Below are positions 19,523-28,734 of a stretch of 64,000 bases of DNA, in pieces. Under the pieces are notes generated by a model. That model worked only from the letters and a program-made list of their open reading frames with translations, was not told where the DNA came from and made no database searches. Location of the stretch: positions 53,582 to 117,581 of IMG/VR virus record IMGVR_UViG_3300021963_000047, one strand, 5' to 3'. Both the position numbers and the translations under genes were made by a program. Source of the stretch: a virus. Position 1 is the first letter of the stretch; each line of letters begins with the position of its first letter.

Positions 19523-20301
19523 GTCCTTAAAAAATCCCAAGATTCTGGTGTCATAGCACCAGTAATATTTAATGTAGGTCTAGGTTCATGTCCAAAATTG
19601 CAAGTGCCATGAGGTATATCTCTCCAAGGCCATGTCATACAATCACCACGTTTCCACGTTAAGAATTCATTACCTTGTTTCCAAACTTGACCCTGCTTTT
19701 GATCATCAAGAAATATTATAACTCTCATAAGTTTTCTTTGATCATGATCACATTCTGCAAACTTATTATAATCATCTCTTAGATTACGAAGAAGACCACC
19801 AAAGTTATCTAAATGCCAATAAAACATTTGACCCGGCAATTGAACATCAAACTTTACATTTGGTCCGCCCTTTCTACCACCAGGATGTTTAAATTTAAAT
19901 ACATCAACAATCTTCTGTATCTTTTCTGGAACTTCGAAGTGTCTTGTTCTATTTAAAACAGTATACTGATTTTCACCACCGTCTACATTATAACCCCATT
20001 TCTTGAAGTCATTGTATTCCATGTTATTATTGTTATCTTTGCGAGGATCAGCTCTATAATCAAACGTAGCTGGTTCTGTCTGTGACATGAGTTGTTTAAC
20101 TTCTTCATCCCAATCTCCTGTAAAATTGCAAATTGGAATATGTGTCGGTGGATCACAGTCAGTATCATCTTTATTATCATCAAAATGGTATAAAGAAGTA
20201 GCTTTGCAAAATTCAAATAACCCAGCATAATCTTTATATGATACAGGTTCTTTAGTCTTTAAGTTCTTCCACAGTTCATACGGACTTTTATCAAACTTCA
20301 T
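19498..20301 (-). CDS. Fe(II)/2OG-dependent cupin oxygenase, paralog of 8254..9225
   Basis: QLPGQMFYWHLD...RVIIFLDD...PHGTCNFG...RPTLNITG. Confidence 0.65.
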   Translation of the reverse strand: MKFDKSPYELWKNLKTKEPVSYKDYAGLFEFCKATSLYHFDDNKDDTDCDPPTHIPICNFTGDWDEEVKQLMSQTEPATFDYRADPRKDNNNNMEYNDFKKWGYNVDGGENQYTVLNRTRHFEVPEKIQKIVDVFKFKHPGGRKGGPNVKFDVQLPGQMFYWHLDNFGGLLRNLRDDYNKFAECDHDQRKLMRVIIFLDDQKQGQVWKQGNEFLTWKRGDCMTWPWRDIPHGTCNFGHEPRPTLNITGAMTPESWDFLRTCQKIIQI

Positions 20302-21002
20302 ATTGAGTTTCTCTGAACAATCATAAAGTATCTTTCATCGCCCTGCTGGTTTTCTTCAAGAGCAAATCTGATAAGCTTAAGATCATTTTCACGCATCAAC
20401 TCATAGATAAATTCTTGTGTCCATGGGAACCAATCAATAAACATAAAACTAGTCTTATCTTTTGGAATAGGTTTGTGGTCAATTCCGGGATTAAATCTAA
20501 AATAGATATATCCACCAATCTTTGTCATGTCTACAATCTTTGCAAACATTTCTCTTATATGTTTTTCATCTGTTCCAAAGTTCAAGCTGCCAAGAGCTAA
20601 TACTTGGTCATATTGTTTCTTTGGTTCAAACTCTTCGAGAGTCTTCTTAATATCAGCCGCAGGATGATAAGGATCTAGACCTTTAAGATTATTAATCTTA
20701 TCCTTATAAAAATTATCTCCACACCCTACGTCTAAAACAGACTTAGGATTCTTAGAGTTTGCAAACTTTATAAGGTATTTGCCAGATTCTGGATAAGAAT
20801 GCTTTGATTTCCACACACCTGAGAAGTATTTTGAGATGTACTTAACATGCATATCATCACAAAAGTCTTTGAGAGTCTCATACTTAGAACTGTCTAAAGA
20901 AAACATAAAGTTTTCATCTATCCATTCTTGTGTAAGAAGCTTCTTAAAGTTCTTATTATTGATCTTAGGAAATTCAGATTTAATAAAATTGAGGATTTTC
21001 AT
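20298..21002 (-). CDS. Class I SAM-dependent methyltransferase, paralog of 18923..19522
   Basis: VLDVGCGDN, LKGLD and GSLNFG (vs GSINFG in the paralog). Confidence 0.8.
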   Translation of the reverse strand: MKILNFIKSEFPKINNKNFKKLLTQEWIDENFMFSLDSSKYETLKDFCDDMHVKYISKYFSGVWKSKHSYPESGKYLIKFANSKNPKSVLDVGCGDNFYKDKINNLKGLDPYHPAADIKKTLEEFEPKKQYDQVLALGSLNFGTDEKHIREMFAKIVDMTKIGGYIYFRFNPGIDHKPIPKDKTSFMFIDWFPWTQEFIYELMRENDLKLIRFALEENQQGDERYFMIVQRNSI

Positions 21003-21034
21003 AGTTTCTCCATAATATAATTGTCACTCTGCCT

Positions 21035-21046
21035 TATTTATAAATA
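21035..21046. promoter_or_regulatory. Palindromic bidirectional T4 late promoter TATTTATAAATA
   Basis: TATAAATA on + (21039-21046) before gp13 and on - (21042-21035) before the divergent 21002 start. Confidence 0.7.
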
Positions 21047-21071
21047 CTTAAAAGGCCTTTCGGAGTTTAAA

Positions 21072-21812
21072 ATGGCAGTACCAGCATCTAGATCACAATT
21101 TAAAGAATATTGTCTCCGTACTCTTGGCAAGCCTGTGTTGGAAATCAACGTAGACGATGATCAGGTTGAAGATCGTATAGATCAAGCTCTAAGATACTAT
21201 TGGGACTATCACTTTGACGGTTCTGAAAAAATATATTATAAGCACCAAGTTACAGCACAAGATAAAACAAATCAATATATAACACTACCTGAAAATATAA
21301 TTGGTGTAGTTAATATATTTAACATTGGTGATGCTCTAAACACTAACAACATGTTTAACATCAGATATCAAATAGCTCTAAATGATTTATATACACTAAC
21401 ATCTGTCTCTATGGTTCCATATTATATGGCTCTCCAACATATCCAAATGTTGGAGTATCTGTTGGTTGGAAAACAACCATTAAGATATAATAGACATATG
21501 GATAAATTACGTATTGATATGGACTGGAATAAATTAGAAGACAATCACTACTTGATTGTTGAAGCTTATGAAGTCGTTGATCCTGACGTATACACAGATG
21601 CATGGGGAGATCGCTGGTTAGCACAATATGCTACTGCACTCATTAAAAAACAATGGGGTACAAACCTTAAAAAGTTCGAAGGTATGACACTTCCTGGTGG
21701 AATTAAGTTCAATGGTCAAAAGATTTATGATGAAGCAGATGATGAAATCAAAGCTTTAGAAAAAGAAATGATCAGCAGCTATAGTCTGCCAGTAACAGAT
21801 ATGATAGGCTAA
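21072..21812 (+). CDS. gp13: Neck protein gp13
   Basis: YCLRTLGKPVLEINVDDDQ...KQWGTNLKKF...LPGGI; GGAG RBS before the ATG at 21072; T4 synteny. Confidence 0.92.
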   Translation: MAVPASRSQFKEYCLRTLGKPVLEINVDDDQVEDRIDQALRYYWDYHFDGSEKIYYKHQVTAQDKTNQYITLPENIIGVVNIFNIGDALNTNNMFNIRYQIALNDLYTLTSVSMVPYYMALQHIQMLEYLLVGKQPLRYNRHMDKLRIDMDWNKLEDNHYLIVEAYEVVDPDVYTDAWGDRWLAQYATALIKKQWGTNLKKFEGMTLPGGIKFNGQKIYDEADDEIKALEKEMISSYSLPVTDMIG

Positions 21813-22537
21813 TGGCTACAAATTTTTATTTTAATAACTTTCAGAATAGTCAAGAACAACTTCTCATTGAGAATCTAATCATTGAGTCCATAAAAATATA
21901 TGGACAAGATATGTTCTATGTACCAAGAGTTATTAAAAACAAAGATGAGATCTACGGTGCGGATGATATCTCAGAATATACTAGAGCATATCCAGTAGAA
22001 TTATACATAAAATCTGTAGATGGATTTACGGGTGATGGCAATTTTATGTCAAAATTTGGTCTAGAAATTAGAGATCAAGTTGTATTTTCTATTGCTCAAA
22101 GAGTATTTAATGAAGAAGTTGGAATGGATACTACACTTGTTAGACCTAATGAAGGTGACTTAATCTATTTCCCTCTTAATAATAAATTATTTAAGATCAT
22201 GTTTGTTAATAAGTTTGAAATGTTTTATCAACTTGGAGCACTACAAACTTGGGAACTTACGTGTGAACTTTTTGAATATTCTAGTGAAAAGTTTGATACC
22301 GGTATACCAGAGATTGATTCTATACAAAAAAATCTTTCATTAAATGTATTTGATTGGGCGCTCTTAAATGAAGCTGGTGAAAGATTAATAGATGAAAATA
22401 GTGATTATATAGTATTAGAAAACTTTACTTTAGAAGATATAGATGATCTTTCTGATAATAGATTCATTCAAAATGAAACTGATGATTTCTTAGACTTTAC
22501 TGAGAAAGATCCATTCTCTGAGAACGGAACATATTAA
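21812..22537 (+). CDS. gp14: Neck protein gp14
   Basis: ESIKIYGQD.FYVPR...SKFGL...RPNEGDLIYFP...CELFEYS. Confidence 0.92.
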   Translation: MATNFYFNNFQNSQEQLLIENLIIESIKIYGQDMFYVPRVIKNKDEIYGADDISEYTRAYPVELYIKSVDGFTGDGNFMSKFGLEIRDQVVFSIAQRVFNEEVGMDTTLVRPNEGDLIYFPLNNKLFKIMFVNKFEMFYQLGALQTWELTCELFEYSSEKFDTGIPEIDSIQKNLSLNVFDWALLNEAGERLIDENSDYIVLENFTLEDIDDLSDNRFIQNETDDFLDFTEKDPFSENGTY

Positions 22538-23376
22538 TGTTTGGGCATACATTTTATTTTAGCACTATAAGAAAATATGTAACTTTATTTGGAACACTGT
22601 TTAATGATATTCATATCACAAGAACAGATTCGACAAATACAACAGTAGCTTTACTAAAAGTTCCTCTGGCTTATGCGCCAAAAGAGAAAGTTTTGGCTAG
22701 AGTCGATGCTGATCCAAATATAGATAGACAGACTGCTATTACTCTTCCTCGCATGTCTTTCGAAATGATAGATATGAAATATGATGCAAATAGAAAATTA
22801 AATACTATTGAAAGAAGAGTTGTAAAAGAACCAAATTCAACTTCAAAATTAAAATATCAATATAATCCTGTTCCGTATAATATCTCTTTTAGACTTTACA
22901 TTTATGTAAAAAATGCAGAAGATGGTACAAAAATAGTAGAACAAATACTTCCGTTCTTTACTCCTGACTGGACAACTACTGTTCAGCTTATCCCAGAAAT
23001 GGGAATTAATATGGATATACCGGTAGTATTAGATAATATAAACATTGAAGATTCATATGAGGGAGACTTTGAGAAAAGAAGAGCTCTTATATGGACACTA
23101 GATTTTACACTTAAAGGATACATTTATGGTCCTATTAAGAAGTCTGGTGTAATTAAATTTGCAAATACAAACTTCTATATCCCATCTGTTCCAGATGGAG
23201 AAATGAGTACAGCTGTAGGTAACACAAATCCATCTGAAAGAGTTACAATAAGACCTGGCCTCACAGCAAATGGTACTCCAACATCAAATGTTGCTGAGTC
23301 AGTCTCTCTAGCAGAGATAGAAGCAGATGATGATTTTGGTTATTGCATCAGCATAGAAACTATTATAACAGAATGA
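22537..23376 (+). CDS. gp15: Tail sheath stabiliser/terminator gp15
   Basis: FGTLFNDI...VPLAYAPKEK...LPRMSFE...EQILPFFTP. Confidence 0.92.
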   Translation: MFGHTFYFSTIRKYVTLFGTLFNDIHITRTDSTNTTVALLKVPLAYAPKEKVLARVDADPNIDRQTAITLPRMSFEMIDMKYDANRKLNTIERRVVKEPNSTSKLKYQYNPVPYNISFRLYIYVKNAEDGTKIVEQILPFFTPDWTTTVQLIPEMGINMDIPVVLDNINIEDSYEGDFEKRRALIWTLDFTLKGYIYGPIKKSGVIKFANTNFYIPSVPDGEMSTAVGNTNPSERVTIRPGLTANGTPTSNVAESVSLAEIEADDDFGYCISIETIITE

Positions 23377-23383
23377 GTGAAAA

Positions 23384-23791
23384 ATGTCAACAGCAAATAA
23401 TGATCCAATAGCTAATGCTTTAGGTGTTAGTCCTATGACAAGTGTTGTAAAGCACTTAGAGAAGACCGCAAATGATGATACTGCTAAAGATGACTTTACT
23501 GTAGCACGTGCAAATATACACAATATTATTGAGACTGGTTCAGACGCTCTTGACAAGCTTATGCAGCTTGCTGATCAATCACAATCTGCGCGTGCATATG
23601 AAGTTGTAGCTATCTTAATGAAGAACTTACTAGATGCAAATAAAGATCTTCTAGGTATACAGAAGACTATACGAGAAATTCAAGATATTGAAAAGCCTAC
23701 TAATAACACCACGGTTAATCACAATAATCTATTTGTTGGCTCGACAGCAGAACTTCAGAAAGTAATTCAGGATATGAGAAAGAATGACTGA
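23384..23791 (+). CDS. gp16: Terminase small subunit gp16
   Basis: ARAYEV...NNLFVGSTAELQK; lies directly before gp17. Confidence 0.9.
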   Translation: MSTANNDPIANALGVSPMTSVVKHLEKTANDDTAKDDFTVARANIHNIIETGSDALDKLMQLADQSQSARAYEVVAILMKNLLDANKDLLGIQKTIREIQDIEKPTNNTTVNHNNLFVGSTAELQKVIQDMRKND

Positions 23792-25424
23792 AGAAGTTTT
23801 AATTGAAGGTGGTTATAAAGGTAACGTAAATCTTAAAAGGCGTTCTGTTGAGATACAATGGACTCCAGAACTCGTACAAGAATACGTAAAGTGTGCTAAA
23901 GATCCAGTATACTTTATTGAAAAGTATATGAAGATCATCAGTATTAATGAAGGTCTTATAAACTTTAAGCTATATGATTACCAAAAAGAAATGGTAAAAT
24001 CTATGGCTGAAAATAGATATACTGTCATAGCCACAGCTCGTCAGGCTGGTAAGTCAACTACTACTTGTGGATTTATCCTTTGGTATATCATATTTCATGC
24101 AGATAAGACTGTTGCACTTCTTGCTAACAAGGGTGATACTGCTAGAGAAATTCTTGGTCGTATTCAGCTCGCATATCAGCACCTTCCAAAGTGGTTACAA
24201 CAGGGTATTATTGAATGGAATAAAGGTTCATTTGTTCTTGAAAATAATTCGAGAGTAATAGCAGCTGCTACATCTTCTGACGCAATTCGTGGTTATTCTA
24301 TTAACCTTCTATTCATCGACGAAGCGGCGTTCATTGACACATGGGATGAATTCTTTACATCGGTTTATCCTACTATTTCATCTGGTAATGATTCTAAGAT
24401 TGTACTTGTTTCTACTCCAAATGGTCTCAATCATTTCCATAAGATATGGGTTGAAGCAGAACAACAAAAGAATCAATATAAACCTATCAAAGTCATGTGG
24501 TATGATGTTCCGGGCAGAGATGATAAGTGGAGAGAAGACACTATAGCTGCTATGAGTTTCGATACTGAAAAGTTCGAACAGGAATATTGTGTAGAATTTC
24601 TTGGTAGTTCTGGTACACTCATAGCAGGTTGGAAATTAAAAGAACTTGTGTCAAAAATACCAATCTTTGATAAAAATGGTGTTAAACAATATGTAGAACC
24701 CATGCAAGGACATTCGTATGTCATGGTCGTGGACGTTTCTAGAGGCAAAGGCTTAGACTATTCTGCATTTCAAGTGATAGATGTTACCAAGATGCCTTAT
24801 GAACAAGTTTGTACTTTTAGAGATAATATGATAACACCAACAGATTATTGTTCAATTATTCATAGGATTAGTAGATCATATAACAATGCATCAGTTCTTG
24901 TAGAAATCAATGATATTGGTGGTCAAGTATCCGATATGTTATATTATGAATATGATATGGATACTCTTTTATCTTCAGAAAATGATGGTAGAGCTGGTAA
25001 AAGAATTTCTTCAGGCTTTAGCGGTTCTAGTGCTGATAAAGGAATTAGAACAACTAAAACTGTGAAATCTGTTGGCTGTTCAATCATGAAATTATTAATA
25101 GAACAAAATCAACTAATTATTAATGATCATGAAACTATTCATGAACTCTCTGTCTTTTCAAGAAAAGGAAAGTCATATGAAGCAGAATCAGGAAATCATG
25201 ATGACTTGGTTATTGGTCTAGTACTTTTTGCTTGGCTTTCAGATCAACATTATTTTAGAGAAATGACAGATATCAACACTTTGACAAAGATTAGAGACAA
25301 AGATGATGAACAAATAGCAAGTGAATTAACACCTTTTGGATTCTTCAGTGAAGGAGAAGATGAACCAGATCTAGATCTTCCAAAGGGTGAAAATTGGATG
25401 TGGGCTAATGAGAGACTGACATGA
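23784..25424 (+). CDS. gp17: Terminase large subunit gp17
   Basis: Walker A ARQAGKST, Walker B LFIDEAAF, STPNG, nuclease motifs DVSRG.G.DYS and HDDLV; no intein or intron seen. Confidence 0.96.
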   Translation: MTEEVLIEGGYKGNVNLKRRSVEIQWTPELVQEYVKCAKDPVYFIEKYMKIISINEGLINFKLYDYQKEMVKSMAENRYTVIATARQAGKSTTTCGFILWYIIFHADKTVALLANKGDTAREILGRIQLAYQHLPKWLQQGIIEWNKGSFVLENNSRVIAAATSSDAIRGYSINLLFIDEAAFIDTWDEFFTSVYPTISSGNDSKIVLVSTPNGLNHFHKIWVEAEQQKNQYKPIKVMWYDVPGRDDKWREDTIAAMSFDTEKFEQEYCVEFLGSSGTLIAGWKLKELVSKIPIFDKNGVKQYVEPMQGHSYVMVVDVSRGKGLDYSAFQVIDVTKMPYEQVCTFRDNMITPTDYCSIIHRISRSYNNASVLVEINDIGGQVSDMLYYEYDMDTLLSSENDGRAGKRISSGFSGSSADKGIRTTKTVKSVGCSIMKLLIEQNQLIINDHETIHELSVFSRKGKSYEAESGNHDDLVIGLVLFAWLSDQHYFREMTDINTLTKIRDKDDEQIASELTPFGFFSEGEDEPDLDLPKGENWMWANERLT

Positions 25425-25436
25425 AGAATGCTTTTT

Positions 25437-25444
25437 TATAAATA
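25437..25444 (+). promoter_or_regulatory. T4-type late promoter TATAAATA (gp18)
   Basis: Exact consensus upstream of the gp18 RBS (AAGGAG). Confidence 0.8.
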
Positions 25445-25490
25445 AATTAAAATATTAGTATTTAATATTCCATTATGGAAGGAGAGAAAA

Positions 25491-28058
25491 ATGCCATTTC
25501 AAGTTAGCCCTGGTGTAAATGTTTCTGAAATCGACCTAACTACAGTTGTTCCTGCAGTATCTACTACTGAAGGCGCTATAGCTGGTATTTTCAGATGGGG
25601 ACCAGTAGACAAGAGAGTATTAATAGACTCTGAAAATTCACTAGTAAATCGTTTCGGCAAGCCATATAGAAACTATGCAGAAGAAACATGGTTTACTGCA
25701 GCAAACTTCTTATCATATGGTAACAAGCTATATGTAGTTCGTGTTGCAAATACGACTTCAGACGCAGCAAACGTAGGTACATTAAGTGCTCTTGCTAACG
25801 TCGGTAACGTTTCAAACACTATAGCTCAGATCGTTAAGAATGATGATGACTATGAAACAAAAGATGGCACTTTTGATTCAGACGTTCTTTACGTAGCTAG
25901 ATATCCTGGTGCGATTGGCAACTCACTCAGAATTTCTGTTTGTGATACTGCAAATGCTTTTAATTCAACAGTTCAGCTTTCAAACGTAGAAAATGACTAT
26001 AGCGGTACAATTACTGCTAACTCATCTGGTATCACAGTCTCTGTGGGTGCAAATAGTGTAACATTCAATACAAATACAGGTATTGATGCAAATGGTTTCA
26101 TTAGTATTGCTTCAAATCCAGTTGGCAATGGAACATATGTTAAGTATCTAACAGCAGCTGGCAACACAGCTCCAACAGGTTTAACAAATAACTCATTATA
26201 TCTGGTTATTTCTTCAAATAGCTCAGGTATCCAGCTAGGTAACACAAGTTATTTTGCAAACGCTGTCTCATTCAACGCAAATTCATCTGTAAATGATACA
26301 GACGAAACAATCGCAATTGCTTCTGCAAATACAAAATATGCAGTTGGAGACAAAGTACTTTATACTGTTGCTGCAGGTAATACTGCTGTTGGTGGATTAG
26401 CTAACGGTACAAATTACTGGATTTCATTTGCTAACACAACTGTTGTTGCTCTTTCTGCAACTTATGGCGGCGCAAATGTGAACATAACAAAGGGTGCAAC
26501 AGAATCTGGTCATAGCTTAACAGCTGTTGAAAGACTTATTATTCCAACACCAAAAGCAAACTCAGAAAGTCATACTTTTGTTGCATGGAGTTTAGCACAA
26601 ACAGCAATTGCTTCAGTTCAATCATCTATTGCTAATGGCGACGTAATTAAAGTTGGCAACAGTTCAATCGGTGAACAGTATATGAAGATCACTGCTGTTG
26701 GTTCAACAGTAACTACAACAAATACAACTCTATCAATAAGCTTAACATCTGAAGATAATTACAGACTTAAGTCTGCATATACTTCAGATACTGTTGAACG
26801 TTATTGGGAATTCTATAATTTAGTAGATAGAGCACCAGGGCAGTCTGAGTATCAGGCAGAGTTTGGAAATACATCAGCAAATGATGAACTTCATGTTGTT
26901 ATCGTAGATGACAATGGCAAGTTTACAGGTGTTGCTGGTCAAGTACTTGAAGTTTATAGAAACTTGTCTCGTGCTGAAGATGCTAAGACAAATGATGGCG
27001 CTTCACAATACTACAAGACAGTTCTAAACGATCAGTCAAACTATGTATGGTGGGCAAATGATAGAAGCAATGCTTCATCAAATTCTGCAACAAGCTTAGC
27101 TAATTCAACTAACGATCTTCCACTATCACAATCTTTTGCTGGTGGTCATGATGGTTATTCAGAATTAAACGCTCCTTTATCTCTCATTGCAATGGGTTAT
27201 GATAAATTTGCATCTGCTGAAGATGTTGATGTATCTCTAATTCTTCAGGGTAAAGGCAAAACAAATGCAGATCTTGCTAACTATATCATAGATAATATCT
27301 GTGAAGTAAGAAAAGATTGCGTAGCATTCGTTTCACCACTCAAGAATGACGTTGTTAATAATTCAGGAAGTGAATTAGATGCTATCCTTGACTTCAAGAA
27401 TAGTGTAAGAAGTACTTCTTATGCTGTAGTTGATTCTGGATATAAGTATCAATACGATAAGTATAACGATGTTTATCGTTGGGTGCCTCTAAACGGTGAT
27501 ATCGCTGGTCTCTGTGTTCGCACAGATAACACAAATGATCCTTGGTGGTCACCAGCTGGTTTCAACCGTGGTAATATCAAGAATGTTGTTAAGTTGGCTT
27601 TCAATCCAAATAAAGCTGAAAGAGATCAGCTTTATAAAGCAGGTGTAAACCCAGTAGTTGCTTTCCCTGGACAAGGCATTGTACTATTCGGTGATAAGAC
27701 TGCTCTTAATAAGCCATCTGCATTTGATAGAATCAATGTTCGTCGTCTATTCATTGTTCTTGAAAAGGCAATTGCTACAGCTGCTAAGTTCACACTCTTC
27801 GAATTCAACGATGAATTCACAAGAGCACAATTTAGAAACTTAGTAATTCCTTATCTAAGAGATGTTAAGGGTCGTCGTGGTATCACTGACTTCTATGTTG
27901 TATGTGATCAAACAAACAACACACCAGAAGTTGTTGATCGTAACGAATTTGTTGGCGATATCTATATTAAGCCAGCTCGTTCAATTAACTTCATCCAGTT
28001 GAACTTCGTTGCAGTTAGATCCGGTGTAGCATTCTCTGAAGTTGTTGGCAAGTTCTAA
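25491..28058 (+). CDS. gp18: Tail sheath protein gp18 with a large inserted domain
   Basis: SPGVNVSEIDLT...WGP...SPAGFNRG...INVRRLF...KPARSINFIQLNF; 855 aa. Confidence 0.96.
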   Translation: MPFQVSPGVNVSEIDLTTVVPAVSTTEGAIAGIFRWGPVDKRVLIDSENSLVNRFGKPYRNYAEETWFTAANFLSYGNKLYVVRVANTTSDAANVGTLSALANVGNVSNTIAQIVKNDDDYETKDGTFDSDVLYVARYPGAIGNSLRISVCDTANAFNSTVQLSNVENDYSGTITANSSGITVSVGANSVTFNTNTGIDANGFISIASNPVGNGTYVKYLTAAGNTAPTGLTNNSLYLVISSNSSGIQLGNTSYFANAVSFNANSSVNDTDETIAIASANTKYAVGDKVLYTVAAGNTAVGGLANGTNYWISFANTTVVALSATYGGANVNITKGATESGHSLTAVERLIIPTPKANSESHTFVAWSLAQTAIASVQSSIANGDVIKVGNSSIGEQYMKITAVGSTVTTTNTTLSISLTSEDNYRLKSAYTSDTVERYWEFYNLVDRAPGQSEYQAEFGNTSANDELHVVIVDDNGKFTGVAGQVLEVYRNLSRAEDAKTNDGASQYYKTVLNDQSNYVWWANDRSNASSNSATSLANSTNDLPLSQSFAGGHDGYSELNAPLSLIAMGYDKFASAEDVDVSLILQGKGKTNADLANYIIDNICEVRKDCVAFVSPLKNDVVNNSGSELDAILDFKNSVRSTSYAVVDSGYKYQYDKYNDVYRWVPLNGDIAGLCVRTDNTNDPWWSPAGFNRGNIKNVVKLAFNPNKAERDQLYKAGVNPVVAFPGQGIVLFGDKTALNKPSAFDRINVRRLFIVLEKAIATAAKFTLFEFNDEFTRAQFRNLVIPYLRDVKGRRGITDFYVVCDQTNNTPEVVDRNEFVGDIYIKPARSINFIQLNFVAVRSGVAFSEVVGKF

Positions 28059-28087
28059 TAAATAGATTAAACAAAGGAGTCTAACAA

Positions 28088-28690
28088 ATGGCTTTTAATA
28101 TAGACGCATTTAAATCACAGGGACTAGCTTTTGGTGGTGCAAGACCAACGCTATTTAGAGTTCTTATGGAATTTCCGGTTTCTATAGCCGGAGATACACA
28201 AAGAGCAAGTTATCTAATTAGATCAACATCATTGCCATCATCATCTGTATCTTCAATTCCTGTTCCATATTTTGGTCGAAAGATCAAGATTGCTGGAGAT
28301 AGAGACTTTGAAGATTGGTCCGTAACAGTAATGAATGACGAAGATTTCGGTCTTCGTAATTCATTCGAAGCATGGTTAAACTTAATTAATACACATGTTT
28401 CAAACAGAATTGGCAGTGGCGTTTCTGGTCCTAACGGAAGTGCCCCTGACATCTATAAAGTTGATCTTATTGTTCAACAGTTCTCGAAGGCTGGTCCTTC
28501 AAATGAATCTGGTGTTATCAGACAATACAAGTTTAATGGAGCATTCCCAACATCCGTTGGCGCTATCTCATTAGATTGGGATTCAACAAATACAGTAGAA
28601 TCTTTTGATGTTACGTTCTCATACGATTATTGGGAACCTCTAGCAACTGAAACATCACCAATATATAACGTTGAATTAAATCCAGCTTAA
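28088..28690 (+). CDS. gp19: Tail tube protein gp19
   Basis: GGARPTLF...GRKIKIAGDR.F.DW..TVMNDEDF...FDVTFSYDYW. Confidence 0.95.
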   Translation: MAFNIDAFKSQGLAFGGARPTLFRVLMEFPVSIAGDTQRASYLIRSTSLPSSSVSSIPVPYFGRKIKIAGDRDFEDWSVTVMNDEDFGLRNSFEAWLNLINTHVSNRIGSGVSGPNGSAPDIYKVDLIVQQFSKAGPSNESGVIRQYKFNGAFPTSVGAISLDWDSTNTVESFDVTFSYDYWEPLATETSPIYNVELNPA

Positions 28691-28734
28691 TTTGACACTA
28701 TTTTTATTATGAGTACTAAACAAAGTAGGTATTG

